Shown one piece after another: positions 1 through 12,796 of a DNA stretch of 64,000 nt (the stretch's first letter is position 1; the number at the start of each line of letters is the position of its first letter). This DNA comes from Saccostrea echinata (taxonomy: Eukaryota): the NCBI RefSeq assembly GCF_033153115.1, contig NW_026889750.1:46066001-46130000 (forward strand). Direction: 5' to 3'. The notes under the pieces are model-generated. The model worked only from the letters and a program-made list of their open reading frames with translations, was not told the origin of the DNA and ran no database searches. Made by a program: the position numbers and the translations under genes.

Positions 1-138
1 ATGGACATGTGACATCGCAATACATGTATACACGATGGAATTGCAAGTCATGAATATTTCATTTTTTATCAAAGACGGCGAGAATGTATATTCCATTGTA
101 GAAGTAGATTAATTGATAGAAGCTTTGAAATGTTTCAG

Positions 139-247
139 GCCGCCATACATATAGGTGTCTGGGGACTCACAATCTGTGTTAGTGGGCGATGTATTGACAT
201 TGAGGACTATAGGCCCGACCCTAGCAAACTAATTAAATATTTTGAAG
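139..247 (+). CDS. Internal coding exon of a claudin/PMP22/EMP-superfamily-like 4-TM protein (first extracellular loop); the 5' part of the gene lies outside the window
   Basis: Acceptor tttcag| at 138; an alternative in-frame acceptor tgtag| at 101 would add SRLIDRSFEMFQ. Reads AAIHIGVWGLTICVSGRCIDIEDYRPDPSKLIKYFE(G), which resembles the claudin G-L-W...C..C signature. Donor g|gtaaaa at 247/248 is phase 1 and matches the next exon. Confidence 0.8.
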
Positions 248-503
248 GTAAAAAAGACCTCCTTTATCAGTATTAATCATCAAACTAAAGTATGCGTTTA
301 CATTTAGTCTGTACAAGTATAAATCATTGATGCTTTTTTTGGCGATCATATTTTGCAACGGAACGAATTTCAGAAAAAGACTACATGGACCAAATAAACA
401 CATAAATAAATAAATCTTTAAATAATTTGAGTTAACTTTTTTAGCCATAATGATTTAAAATAATTTGCATATCATAAGAGCATTTTTTGTCTTGCCTCTA
501 CAG

Positions 504-650
504 GAACACCTAGGGAGATACAGGCATTATCCGTCTTCGGATGTATGATGGCTGGAGTTGCCGCTCTTTGCTTCTGGCCTTTCTTCCAGACTCTGGACCA
601 AAAGAGAAATTGTTACGGGATTTATGTCTCAACTCTTCTCTTTATGTCAG
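504..650 (+). CDS. Internal coding exon of the claudin/PMP22-like gene (TM2 and start of TM3)
   Basis: Polypyrimidine tract plus ctacag| at 503. Open frame GTPREIQALSVFGCMMAGVAALCFWPFFQTLDQKRNCYGIYVSTLLFMS(G). Donor cag|gtgagg at 650/651. Phase 1 at both ends. Confidence 0.88.
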
Positions 651-1569
651 GTGAGGAAGGAAATATAGGTATAAAAAAGTAAAAAAAAAAAAAAAAAGAA
701 CTCTTACAACATCGATACTTAAGTTTTCATATTTACACCATTATAAATATGATATTTCACACATTTAATTTACAATTTCATTTTTAGAAAACAGTGACAA
801 AACAATCATACATTTTAAAGATCATACAGAATCTTCACAACCCTTTTTACTATACATGTTAGTGTTCAAATATTTAGGGGACATTGGCTAGCTTATCCAC
901 TGACTGTGAATGGGATAGCGCTTTTATCAAACCGGCGACAGGAAATTTCTCTTGGTGGTATTTTGAATGTTGTGTACAGACAATTAGATAGTGTACTATG
1001 GATATTTTATCAATGTACAAGCTCTTCCGATCTAGAAACAGTTAAGCTATGAAGTGAAAAGCTCTAGTCAACTTCAGACATCGCATGAAATCGTGATATG
1101 GTCTACTTTAGGAATTCAACAGAACATAATCTTGTAGATAGAGTAAACGTTTAGTCTATTTTTTGTACAATCACTATTTGAGGAGTAGCACTTTGAAATC
1201 ATTTGACAGATTTCTCAGTAAGTTGGTAGCTCCATTGAAATTCAACATCAATATACACACTTGTATATGTTGATTTATACTTGTGTCCTTGTGTCAAATT
1301 TTACTGCATTCGATAGATCTGTCAAAAAAGATATATTCTAAAATATCGTTTTGGACAGACATCTAGACATCTATGCATACAGACAACTACATGTACCTCT
1401 TTACTCTATGCTTTTCTAGCCTTTGACCTGTAACCCGACTTGAAAAGCTACAACATGCATAGTAACAGATCTTTTAGTTATAAACCTCTGCTTCTTCTCT
1501 TTTAATAAATCAAGCGATTCGAAAACTTATAGGCAATCATTTGTACTAAAAACCTTTTTGCTTTTGTAG

Positions 1570-1916
1570 GATTATCTTGTTTGGCCTTAGCTTACATAAT
1601 GTATCAGACTGTTGAAACCATAGAAGATCTTTACATAGACCGAAAACAGAAGATTAAAACGCCATTTCCGTATTCTTTTGTCTTGCTCCTCATTGGGTTT
1701 ATTGCTTCTTTCGCTGGATGCTTGACATCAGCGATCGCAGTTTGTAAACTGAGTCAGGACATAGAACATGAGGAAAAATTGAGGATTGAGCGAGAAAGAA
1801 AAATGGACAAAGATGACATCTTTGCACAGCACCATATCATTTCGAAATCAAAGACACAAAGACCCGCCATATCAATGAAAAACCAAGAGCAAGTGGTTTA
1901 TTCCATTCATTTATAA
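1570..1916 (+). CDS. Last coding exon of the claudin/PMP22-like gene (end of TM3, TM4, cytoplasmic tail)
   Basis: Acceptor ttttgtag| at 1569, phase 1, in frame with ORF 1581..1916. Reads GLSCLALAYIMYQ...PFPYSFVLLLIGFIASFAGCLTSAIAV (P-Y-S-F before the last TM, as in PMP22/claudin-like proteins), then a charged tail ending VVYSIHL and TAA. Confidence 0.88.
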
Positions 1917-2434
1917 ACAGATTCGGCTATATACTAAATATTTACTAGGATTTTATAATTTTTCAATTCAATATTTCAATTTCTGAGTAATATTAGAAGA
2001 TCATGAACATTTCGTCTCTTATCTGTAGTATTTTCGCTGTCATGATGACAATGGTCTTCAAAGACTTACTGCTTTTCAATGATCCGAAGCTACTTTATGT
2101 GTACATTATTTAGCAAGTCTTGTTTATTAATTGTCTTGTCTTTGTTATGACATTTTTTGCACGATATATATACCAGTATTTGATCTTATTAATGTTTTTG
2201 TAGAAATTGAAGGAGAATTGCATAAAACTTAGTACTTTACATTTTCCTGCTTACTAAGTATTAGTGACTATCACATAGAAACCCCATAGACGGAAGAATT
2301 TTTATTTGACCATTGTGTTGGTACAACATTAATATTCAAGATAAACCAAAACTGTTATTATTCGTGTTCATTTTGAAAACTGTTTAGATTTTTCTTGTCT
2401 GGCTTTGCATGCCAAAAAAAAAGGGAATATCAAA

Positions 2435-2439
<5 letters not shown>

Positions 2440-2522
<83 letters not shown>
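2440..2522. repeat. (TA)n microsatellite, probably in the 3' UTR of the claudin-like gene
   Basis: About 40 perfect TA units; source of the spurious IYIYIY ORFs. Confidence 0.97.
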
Positions 2523-2525
<3 letters not shown>

Positions 2526-3457
2526 TTATCTCATCATGTACATGGAACTTTGCATGTTATATTTTCAATTTTTTTGTACATATCTTGTGTCCATATATGC
2601 GGTTTAATGACAATGTTATTAGATTATTCCAATTCAATGTTGACGTAAGAGATAATTAGAAGTTCTGTTATACAGAATGTATAGTTGACTAGTACAGCAC
2701 CTTTGTCTATGTAGTAAAATAAATATTTTTTAGCACTCTGTAAATGTCGACTATGTCATTTTGATGATGTGTTTTATTAGTTTTTTCTTGATTTTTTGGT
2801 TAGTGTTTACTGTAATAAAATAATTGGGGAAAATTACTTAGTTTTCTTTGTAGCAATAAGAAGAAATAAACACTCTCATTAAACTGCTGATTTCGTGCGA
2901 AACACAGTCATTATAAAAATATCCCCACTTGTTGACAATTTTAATTTGACATTTGCTCTTTTTTTTATTTTTAAAAAAAAGTACACGATGCCATAGGGTT
3001 AATACCATTGACTTTAAAAGTCCTAAATTGGCACTTGTTCAGGGTCTTGGCATAGTCTTCAGTTATTACCAACCTTCATATTTAACAGGATATCCTTAAT
3101 CCTGCCTTTAACAATTATGACCCAGTTAAATGTTTCTTTTATAGACATTCCTTGTGCCACATATTTTTTCTGGATCGATAGCATCACAAAAAGGAAAAGG
3201 AATAATACTAATACTTGTGTACATTTTATTTACATGTAATATTAGACCAATAGCATAACAATTTCGTATAATTTTTCTGGCACGTTAAATAAATAAACAT
3301 TTGCAAACAGAGAGTGTGAGATTACAGTGATTTAAAAATCAGACTTTAAAATTATATTGATTCAGAAATTGTTCTTAAAATAAACTTGTTATCTTAAGGG
3401 GACGACAGTTTCATTCTGAAAGGGGGAGGGGCTGGCAAAAGTTTTCGACTTAGATTA

Positions 3458-3861
3458 ATATACCCGCCCCCTCCGCTTGAAAAGCGGGAGGACGGGTGTA
3501 TAGCTATGGGTGTACGTCCGTCTGTCCGCTATGCTTTGGGGTATACATCTCTTATCCGCCACTCTTCTTGTACCACTGAATAAAATTCAATGAGAATTTC
3601 ACAGAATCTTTGTTACGTACATACTGTGCACCTTCTATTTTACTTTCTGATCTCGGGTTTCCAATAGCAAAACATCGACACGGCCATTCTTTCTAAATAC
3701 TTTCCCAGAATTTTACATAGTGCCATTGTGTACCTCCGATTTCCTTTTAGATAGGACACATATTTCGGGTCTTCCATAGCAAAAAACAGACTTCGCCATT
3801 ATAAAAAATATGGGAGGTGGAGGTATATTTTTGAGCTCAGTGCTCACAGTACCTATAGTTT
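3458..3861 (+). mobile_element. Non-autonomous Helentron-associated element (HINE, pearl/CvA-like)
   Basis: 5' tatacccg hairpin, ccgtctgtccg microsatellite core and two internal repeats. The 3' end gagctcagtgctcacagtacctatagtt is the reverse complement of 54268-54300. Confidence 0.65.
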
Positions 3862-4039
3862 ATTTTCGTGCCAGTCAAGGACAAATTATTTGAAGGACAG
3901 AATATTTATTGATTTTTCTTCTTCACTGAAAAAAGTATGACAAGCAAGCCAAAAAAAAAAGGTATAATGTCTAAACTCCAAAAGCTTATTTCGTCTGTGT
4001 GGTGGTGGTGGTGGTGGTGGTGGTGGGGGGGGGGGGTTA

Positions 4040-4325
4040 TATGTAGTGTGTTGTTTAACGTCCCTCTCGAGAATTTCTCACTCATGGAGACGCCATTGCT
4101 GTGTTGGAGGGCTACAATTTTGGACCTTTACTCGGCACTCAGGGCCATAAGTAGTAAGGGAACTTTTTCCTACCAGCACCTACTGCGACAAGTGACCTCG
4201 GTTCATCCGAAGGACCGGTCTCCACGTCCCATAGTGGGATAATTAAGAACCCGCGATGTAAGGATCAACTCCACACTCCCGAGACTCTAGAGCAAACGCT
4301 CTAACCACTGCGCTACGCGGGCGAT
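4040..4325 (-). mobile_element. tRNA-derived SINE with Deu/Nin-like central domain
   Basis: Minus strand begins cccgcgtagcgcagtggttagagcg (A box), carries the ccttcggatgaaccgaggtc core, and ends gagagggacgttaaacaac. Homologous to 41849-42083. Confidence 0.8.
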
Positions 4326-4797
4326 GGGTAACAGTTGAGGACAGATTTATTTTCAACATTTTCGAGGAGAGATTATTATTTGCTACTGTAATTAGTTAAT
4401 AGTGAAAAATAGCAAAATGTCAGAAATCTTTACAAAACCAACGGTGAGAAAAGACAAAGCTCATGTACAGGTCTGTTCAAATCATAGTCCCCGGTAGGAT
4501 TTGGGTTAAAATGGAGGGGCTTTTATATTAAAAAGAATACATGAGAAAACTCTTCTCAAAACCAAGAAGATGGCAATAAGTCTTATTAATATGCATGTAT
4601 CCCAATATTGTGCAGATGTAAGTTTTATTCAAATCATGGTCCACAGGGCTATATAGGGACCACAGACGGGGACCATATTTGTACCTAAGAATGTATCAAT
4701 AAAATCTTTAAAACAACGTAGATAAAGTCATACTAATATACACGCATCTGCATTAAATGTAGTCCTGAGACTAGTGTGAAAGTACAGCACACACAGT

Positions 4798-5140
4798 TAG
4801 GGAACGACCATTTGATTCTGAAGGGAGGGAGGCTGGCAAATTTTTCGAGTCAGATTATTTACATGTATTTTTATTCCAGTCAAGGACAGATTATTTATTT
4901 TCAAGATTATCAAGCACAGATTATGTATTTTCATTTCACAATAGGGAAAAAGAGAAAACCGCCAAATTCCAAACCTCTATTTTATGGGGGAGGGGGATAG
5001 TAGCATTGGACAGGGACAGATTATTTATTTTCTTGTCAAATGAGGACAGATTATTTATTTTCAACATTTTCAAGGGCTGATAGCTATTTGATCCCCTCCT
5101 TCCATCTTTCAGAATCATCGTGAATCATGATCGTCCTTTT
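4798..5140. mobile_element. MITE with degenerate TIRs (Kolobok/TTAA-like)
   Basis: Left end tagggaacgaccatttgattctgaaggg versus right end tttcagaatc...gatcgtccttt. Internal tandem 'cagattatttatttt' units. Confidence 0.6.
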
Positions 5141-5264
5141 AGTGATATTAACATGCGGCTTTAATATAATAGTGTAAGTTATACTAGTACTTCTTACATG
5201 TTTATATGCGTTTTAAAATTTCAAAAAAATATAGGCATGTTTCAAGTAACAGTAATTAATGGTA

Positions 5265-6853
5265 TAGCTTATAAAGAAAATGAGCGAACAAGGCGAGCGC
5301 CATGCCTATAGTGTGACAAACATGAAGATAGAAAATTAAATCTCAATAACAACAAAATTTTCTTTGATATTTCATCTAAAATTAAAGTATACTTTATGTC
5401 AAATCTCCACAATGTGCAAAAATCTCACATAGATTTAAATCATTTGCCTAACAAATAGCATATACACACTTAAAAGGGCAAAAAGGATAATTTTCTTATA
5501 ACACAATTTTTCGATATGAGTGGGTCTTCGCTCCATATTTTTGAAAGTTTATCCTCAAAGTTTGCATAAAAATATACATTTTTGGTTAACAAAAAAATGG
5601 AACAAAGACCCACTATACCTTTAAAATACACTTTTATGACACAACATTCGCATCTTTCCAAGTATTACTTGAAGTCCATTTAATATTAAAAACATGATTT
5701 AAGGACATTGGCAAGGTTCCTGGTTATTGTATAGAATTTTTCTAGAACTTTTGAGTAGGTTTAAATGCACTAAACATGCTATATTCTGGATCGTTATACC
5801 TACCAATCCAACATTCTTTTTTAGATTTTGTCATATTAGTGTTTTTACAATTCTTAATGCATTTCCTATGTAAAATGTTGATAAAAGGGACCTACAAAAT
5901 TTTTCACCATAATATTTCTTCAAAACTCTTTTATTTCATACAGTTTTTGTATTATATACATTATTGTATCTTCATTTCCTATGACTTCTAAATATTTTGG
6001 CTGAAAATGTATATATAGAAACAAGACATGGATATACCGGCACCGATCATCATTTTTGAGCTGCGTCCCTTAACAGCTAAAATTGGTCAAGAGACTGGTT
6101 GATTGTTTTTATCATGTAATTGACTGAATTGATTGAAACACATTGTCATAAAAATATTGGCATGGATTTATTTTTAACTTTATTCGTAATTACTAAATGC
6201 TGATTCCCTCACACGACCTAAGAACTGTTCTCAGTCGGCATGGTCGACCTACCTTTCAGTATATGTGACATCCAGCATACTGAGCATAACAATGGTAAAT
6301 GACGACCTGTTGGCTCTTTGTCTGTGAATACAATGTACAACAAAACCATTACCACTTTTCTTTCTTGCTGTATAGATGATTCTACCCGTCGAAGGAAGTG
6401 CACGTGCTTTTGTTTACCTCTGTAACATACGCTTTATTAGTTTTCACCGCTTAGAGAATTCTACACGGGAGATCACTCTCAATCACTATTTTATAAGGAA
6501 AAAAAAACCATGTATTAAACCTTTTTTCTCCGGAAAACCCTGACTTGCCAATGTCCTTAAATGCCACCATTCAGCAGGAGCTGTGTAGCGTAGTGGTTAG
6601 AGTGTTAGTCTCATAGGAAAACAATACTCAGGATTTTTATTGCTAGGGTTCGAACGCACATTATGTTTTTAATAACAGAATGACTTTTGCGGAAAAAATT
6701 TTCCTCAGAAAAGTTTTATCATAATTTCATAAATTTCAATAATTAGAATTTTACTCTAAATACTTAATTCACAAACTGATCATGATTTTAACACATCTGA
6801 AGCTATAAGCATTTAGCGCGCCTTGTTCACCCATCTCTTTTGGATCCACCCTG
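5265..6853. mobile_element. Non-autonomous Tc1/mariner-like element hosting a nested TTAA element and a tRNA-like head
   Basis: Right end ...ggatccaccctg|ta. Subterminal inverted match: gaaaatgagcgaacaaggcgagcgccatgcctatag (5276-5311) versus ctataagcatttagcgcgccttgttcacccatctc (6803-6838). Confidence 0.5.
5703..6556. mobile_element. Kolobok-like non-autonomous DNA transposon
   Basis: Perfect 13-bp TIRs GGACATTGGCAAG / CTTGCCAATGTCC, each flanked by TTAA (5699-5702 and 6557-6560). Confidence 0.8.
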
Positions 6854-7059
6854 TACAACCCTTTTAGGTTTCGAAGTCGACACTCCATATACTCCTACAG
6901 TGGATGGAAACAATAAGCAAACCACCAGTTGTTAAGATGGAGCAGCATGGTGCTAGTGATACTAAAAAGGAATCAAAATTGGTAGTAAATATTTTTTTTC
7001 CCAAAGATATCCTTCTTTTCTGGAAGCGCCAACACAGACAATGTACGAAGATGAATGCC

Positions 7060-8030
7060 TACGTTGGGAATCTTATAAGCCCGAGGTTGATACATTACGC
7101 TACAAGATAACCACTGAGGGGAGAAGAAATGAAATCGAGACAATATGCAACTTGGCCTTGGTGCTTCTATCAGTACAGTTATTTAACTGCAGAACTGTAG
7201 CGTTATGAATTTATATTTTAGTCTCTGACGATAATGGTACAGATCCCTTGATGCAAGTATGGTGCAATGTACGGCACAAGATTTTCTGCGGTTTGGGATC
7301 TATTTCTCTACTTTCCAGCATTAGACAATCAACTACCTTTCATTCCCTAATTCTATATATATTCTTTTACCAACTTGTATAATTATGTACCTCCTAACCC
7401 TTTACAATCGTCTCTACAGACCAATAAACTCTCTTAATTTGAATTTTTTTATCGGATGGCAGAAAATTCAAAATGAGAGAGTTTATTGGTCTGTAGAGAC
7501 GACTATAAAGGATTAGTAGGTAGTAAAGCAAGCAAAAAGGATTGTAGGCCAAATGGAAACAGAAGAAATGTTGCAGACCATATTTGTCAAAGGACATTTC
7601 TAGTCATTTTATGACCAATGTCATACCTTTAACACTAGAGATCAGCGGTTTGGAACGTAGAACTAGAACATCAGCCACCCGTAAAAACAAGAAGCTAGCT
7701 ACTGCAGAGTCACCTTGCTGATTCATCAACAAAGAGGTTTGAATCACTTGAGGGACAGATTCAACAGCTAACTGGTGAGGTAAAGGCTATGAAGCATCAG
7801 TATAGCTGCAGCCCACAGATGCCTTGACAACACAGAGCAGCAAGACAGCTTCCAGCGAGGAAGAAGACAAGGATAATATGGGGGAAATTTTAGTCAGAGA
7901 GTATGCCTCAATCAGATATTGTGCCACATACACAGATTTAGATATAGGAACCAAGATGAAGTGAATCCTTTTATTATGAGCATCTTAGTAAAGATGTAGA
8001 ACACATTCTATAGAAGAGACTATAAGGATA
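7060..8030 (+). mobile_element. Possible decayed gag-like (LTR retrotransposon/PNMA-like) relic
   Basis: Fragmented coding-like text (YKPEVDTLRYKIT; EEMLQTIFVKG; coiled-coil KRFESLEGQIQQLTGEVKAMK) with many stops. Family assignment is by impression only. Confidence 0.3.
7394..7516. mobile_element. Short palindromic MITE (Academ-like termini)
   Basis: ~41-bp inverted arms ctaaccctttacaatcgtctctacagaccaataaactctct / agagagtttattggtctgtagagacgactataaaggattag. Confidence 0.65.
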
Positions 8031-9955
8031 GAATGTACAGATTGCCCTGCATAGGTTTGGTTTGAACATATTTTATTGTCTTTAAATTTTACAATTGGGA
8101 TCGGGCAAAAGTTCTAAAAACTTGATACCTTTCCCTACATGTGAATTATATCAAACATATTTACATATATGGGTCACAGTTAAAAATTCATAAGCACAGA
8201 AAATTACCAACATACATTATATAGCACACAAATTGGATAGAATTCGCAAAAGGTGTCAATCATCCTGGTGCAAGGTGCAATTATGCCGACTTTTCTCATA
8301 GAATCCGGTTTAGCCTCGCTTACAATGTATATATTTTTGGGAACTCAGGGTCCACAAAATAATTGCAAGAGAACGATGAGCCTCGACTGTCACCTGAGTA
8401 TTACGAGTTTCTCAGGCTATGGCCCACCTGGAACTCAGATCTCGTATGACTGAAGAGTTAACAGTGTTATGAGAACACTATAAATAGGGTGGAATTAAGG
8501 GTAGGCCCATTGTCCTCCATGAAACCTGATATATTTCAAACTTGCATCAATTTTCGAAAAAAAAAAATTGCCAGCGGAGGGTGCCAGATTGTACATTCCC
8601 CACAAGTCTCAATACAAAATTTTAGGCTTGAAAAAACCTTCAGGAAATCAACATGAACTAGGTGTCCTAGAATTCAGAGGTGATTTCTGGTACCCGGACA
8701 GAAGCTAACTTCTCGTGATATACCTCAATATGTGACCTCTGATATCACCAGAAGTGATCTGTAGTCTATGTATTAGTAGGGACTCGTGGTTATATGGCCA
8801 TATTGCTTTAATTTTAATCAAATCAGAGTATGACATTTCCGATTCTCTTTATAACTTAAATCATGCAACTCCTAACCAAGTCGATGCATGAAAAAAAAAA
8901 TCTCGTCGAGGTAAGTGTATACAGAATTAGAAGATATATTGATGTGAACTCTTCGTAACGTGTATAACAAAAAAAACCTCTCAATCTTTAATATAAATAT
9001 TTTTATAATGGTATGATCACAAATTTATATGAAAGACAACAAAAATGAATATATCTACGTACATATAAAATAGATATAAATGAATAGCAAAGAAAGACCC
9101 TTAAAATTTTTAAACATGAGAGTCATGGTAAAGACCCATAAGCTAAAAAAGCAAAATATTTAAAAAGGCAAAATCTATGTACAATAATATAACAAAAATT
9201 GCATTGAATTTAAAGATCTGTAAATCAGATTACCCCATGTTAATTAAAAATACGGTTGACTGTGTAAGAAAATAGTTCTTTTGAAAATTCTCAATAATTT
9301 TGACACATGCATAGATAGTATTTCATACAAAAAAAATCGTTATTTATATTGAAAGGCCTCCTTCGTACTCAGCGATCGACAACTCTTTTTGTGTTGCAAG
9401 AAAAATTGTTAAATTCTCCCAGAATTTATATCTGTAATTTGCTGACCATAAGTTCTGTATATTTTATGTTTATCATTTCTTTCTTATATGAATTTAGGTA
9501 TATTTCTCCCAAAACCGAGTGTTTAATTAGCGTGATAAGTCTTGTAATTACCAGAATAATTCCTTAATTATTGGAGAAGAAAGAATAGAACTTACATTTG
9601 TCTCTTTCAAATTCATACTAAGCTACAGCTCAGTCAGATATGTTTTGTTTATAATATCCTGCAGCCTAATAGAAATTTAAGAAACCAGCAGATTACATTT
9701 AGAAAGGTGTATTTAATGACTAATTGGCTGTTCAGTTTTTTGGACCCCAGAGTTCATAAGAAAGCAAAAGACCCCGAAAGCAATAAACATGATTATATAT
9801 ATAACAGTTAAAACACTCCAAAACTGGTTTATCCTGAAAGTCAGAAATCGTTTTCTATGTACAAAACACTTGGAATGTTTTGATTAAAGCAGTCAGTGTT
9901 TCTTCATGTCAAATTTTTGAGTTTCCAGTCTCTCCCTTATTCAGCATGGCTTCTT

Positions 9956-9973
9956 CTACACATCGCATATACA
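9956..9973 (-). CDS. Last coding exon (CICDV*) of a Pro/Gly/Tyr-rich tail-anchored membrane protein
   Basis: Minus strand tttatttttgcag|TGT ATA TGC GAT GTG TAG. Phase 0 matches the preceding exon. Confidence 0.75.
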   Translation of the reverse strand, partial: CICDV

Positions 9974-10294
9974 CTGCAAAAATAAACGAAGTAGGTTTAC
10001 AATAACACAATGGGTATGCGCGGATCTAAAGAGGAATTCCCCTGGAATTTGGAGAGTTATAAAATGTATATACTAAAGCAACTAAAAGTGACCTTGGACC
10101 CCCTAGAAAAAGCGGATCCCTGTTTAGTTGGTTTGAAAAGTCATACAAACGAAGCTGAAGTGAGCTAACCCCCCCCCCCCCCCGAAAGGTGTAAAAGCAA
10201 CTCCTTTTACTTTTATGCCATGTAAATAAATTGCAAGCGTACATAAAATCTCATGTTAAAGTATTAAATAATTTTCCTTCTGTGATATAAACTA

Positions 10295-10990
10295 CATTTC
10301 CAATAATTGGTAGATCCTGATTGGTAGATTCTGATTTAGTTGAATTAAACTTGATGTAGACTGATAGATGCCTATCAGTAGATGTTGATTGGTATATGTT
10401 TGGAAGATGTTGATTGATAGATATCTGGTGGGAGATTTTCACTTATAGATGCCATAGATACAGATTGAAAGATTCTGATTTCACAAGCTAATTGAAAGAT
10501 GCATGTCGTAATAAATGTGACGATTGGTGTCTGTTAACGGTAGATCCTGATTGGTTGATTCTGATTTAGGTGATGTTGGAAGCCTATCACAAGATGTTGA
10601 TTAGTTAATGTTTGGAAGATGTTGATCGATAGATATCTGATGGGAGATGATGATTGGTAGATACTGAGTGAAAGATACTGATTGGTAGATGTTGACTGAT
10701 TGATGCCTATAAACAGATACTGAATGGTTGATGTTTACTGGCAGATGTTGATTGATAGATGTTTGGTGGGAGATGTTTTTGGTAGATACTGTTTGAAAGA
10801 TGCTGATTTCGGATGTCTATTTTTATGTAGATATTCGATAGTTCTAAGCTGATTACTAGATTTTTATTGATGGATACCAATAACATGCTTGTTGATAGAT
10901 AGTTGATAGGTAATTTTTGGGAGATGTTTATTGGTGGTCGTTGATTGATATATTTGAGAGGTAGCTGTTCATTGGATTGGTAGATATGGC
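10295..10990. repeat. Degenerate intronic minisatellite (GATGTTGATTGGTAGAT-like units)
   Basis: Dozens of imperfect 'ttgattggtagat'/'gatgttgat' units running up to the exon donor at 10997. Confidence 0.8.
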
Positions 10991-10997
10991 TACTTAC

Positions 10998-11073
10998 CAG
11001 ACCGATCCAAACGAAGACCCACGGCCAAAACAGCAAGCATATTACCAGATTTAGACAAGTTTCTTCGTGGAAT
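10998..11073 (-). CDS. Third coding exon (hydrophobic membrane segment) of the Pro/Gly/Tyr-rich protein
   Basis: Acceptor ctatttacag|. The 76 nt read (R)FHEETCLNLVICLLFWPWVFVWIGL. Donor ctg|gtaagt. Phase 2 in, phase 0 out. Confidence 0.88.
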
Positions 11074-12398
11074 CTGTAAATAGAATTTCTTTTTGTGTGA
11101 TCGATGGTTTTGCTTTGTTTTTACCATGAAGGACAATAAAATAAATCTCAAATTACAGTAACTTTGATATAACAAAGGTTGAGAGTTGTCCATACTAAAA
11201 ATTAAGTAATCTGTTCACACGTGTCGTATGGCCTATACATGTACTTCTAAGTTAAGTAACCTTTTAACACAAATAAATACCGTTTATTTTCCAAGGTATG
11301 CTAAAATCAATTCCGAAATTGACTTTTTTTTTTACTAGAAGCAAGATTTGGCCTCGGATCATTCACGCCATTTGTATTGTTTAAATGAGCTTGAATACTA
11401 TTCGTTATCTTCATATTTCATTGTAAAGATGGTATGACTGGGCAATTTTTTCCTTGGAATGAATTGAATACTCTCAAAAAATTCTAAACATTCATTCACT
11501 GCTAAATTTTATTTAATTTCATCATAAGGTCTTATCAAGTAACTACATGTAATAACATATTTATCAGTTTAATTATTTAACTCTAACAAGTTTCACAGAA
11601 ATTCCGAGAAAAAAATCCAATATATATCTCAGTAGGTTCCCCCTGAAAGTTAACGACAGTCTAAAAGCAAGTCAAAATCCTCAGTTAGAAGCAGAAGTAA
11701 GTATACGTAGTCCGCATTTGTTTGTTGTAAAAATTCAGATCTTAATTATAAGAATAATATATATCACTTAACCTCTTATATTATTACTCTTTATAAAATG
11801 AATACCATAAAATTGTCCATTTCCCTCAGAAGGCACCACTTCCCAATTCCCTTAAAAATCCAGAGCTACTCCCTGGGACTACTCCCTCATTAATATTTTT
11901 AAGCAATCAAAATGCTTAGCGGGCGGAGCGTTCAAGAAATCTCGGGATTATTAACAATATAACTATGACGTCAAAACATTTCGACATGCGATGTCAAAAT
12001 CATACAGGAATTATAACAAAATGACGAGCAAAATTTCTGTGGAATTATTTCATTTTTCAAAAAGATGTTATTATTTTCCTCGGTGGTGATGCATTAGAAA
12101 TCTTCGCCGCCTCAAAAAATAGTTTTTTCCTTGAGGAAGAATAAACTTGCTATTTCCCTCATACTCACATACTCGCTTTCATTAAAATTTACCAGTTAAT
12201 TAGAACCGCCAATCGTGTACATAATCGCCCTCTTTTTTCGCTATTGCACTGCCTTTTTTTTTTTTAAATAGATTGACTGATTGATTGTATATTGTTTTAC
12301 GTCTCATTCGAGACTTTTTTTTTTGAAATAGAAAACGAAAGTAGAACTTTAATTAGATTAACAATAATTACTCTGCGAGTAAAATCTTTGTACAGTTT

Positions 12399-12796
12399 TA
12401 GGGCTGGGACGATACAACATTTTCTATATCGATACGTATCACGATATTTGAGCCATGATACGATATGTATCACGATACGTTGAATTGGTTTTAAAAGTTT
12501 TTTTTTGTATTGAAATGAACAAAGCATTTCTTCACAAATAAAAATAATTTATTCAAAGAAGTTGTGTATCTGTTATCAAACAAAATTATTGTACACAAGT
12601 GGTGTTTATCATTATGTATTTCATATTTATGTTTTGCATATTTTTTTTTTATACTTAACCCAAAATGTTAAGTAAACAAAAACAAAAAAAATCTCAGAAA
12701 TTTTTTTTTGGCGATCTTTCGATATTTCTTTATACATATCAATAAGCGTATCATCCTCACATTGAATGCATATCTCGATATATCGTTCCAGCCTTT
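12399..12796. mobile_element. hAT-type MITE (intronic)
   Basis: TIRs TAGGGCTGGGACGATA / TATCGTTCCAGCCTTT. Perfect 8-bp TSD TACAGTTT (12391-12398 and 12797-12804). Subterminal cgata repeats. Confidence 0.85.

Larger units (their letters stand above)
3394..4380. mobile_element. Decayed MITE (TTAA-GGGACGAC-type terminus) interrupted by a HINE and a SINE
   Basis: Starts ttaaggggacgacagtttcattctgaaaggggg. Internal 'ggacagattatttattt' units resume at 3860-3910 and 4335-4380. Same family as 4798-5140. Confidence 0.55.

Noticed and set aside
2395-2648. ORFs with IYIYIY runs (also 34271-34612)
   Set aside because: Translations of (TA)n microsatellites.
3937-4242. 101-aa ORF with poly-Trp
   Set aside because: (GTG)n/G-run plus antisense SINE sequence; not a gene.
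6250-6310. AG...GT-bounded segment on the minus strand as a further exon of the PY-rich gene
   Set aside because: The gene already terminates at 9956, and this segment lies inside a TIR/TTAA-bounded transposon.
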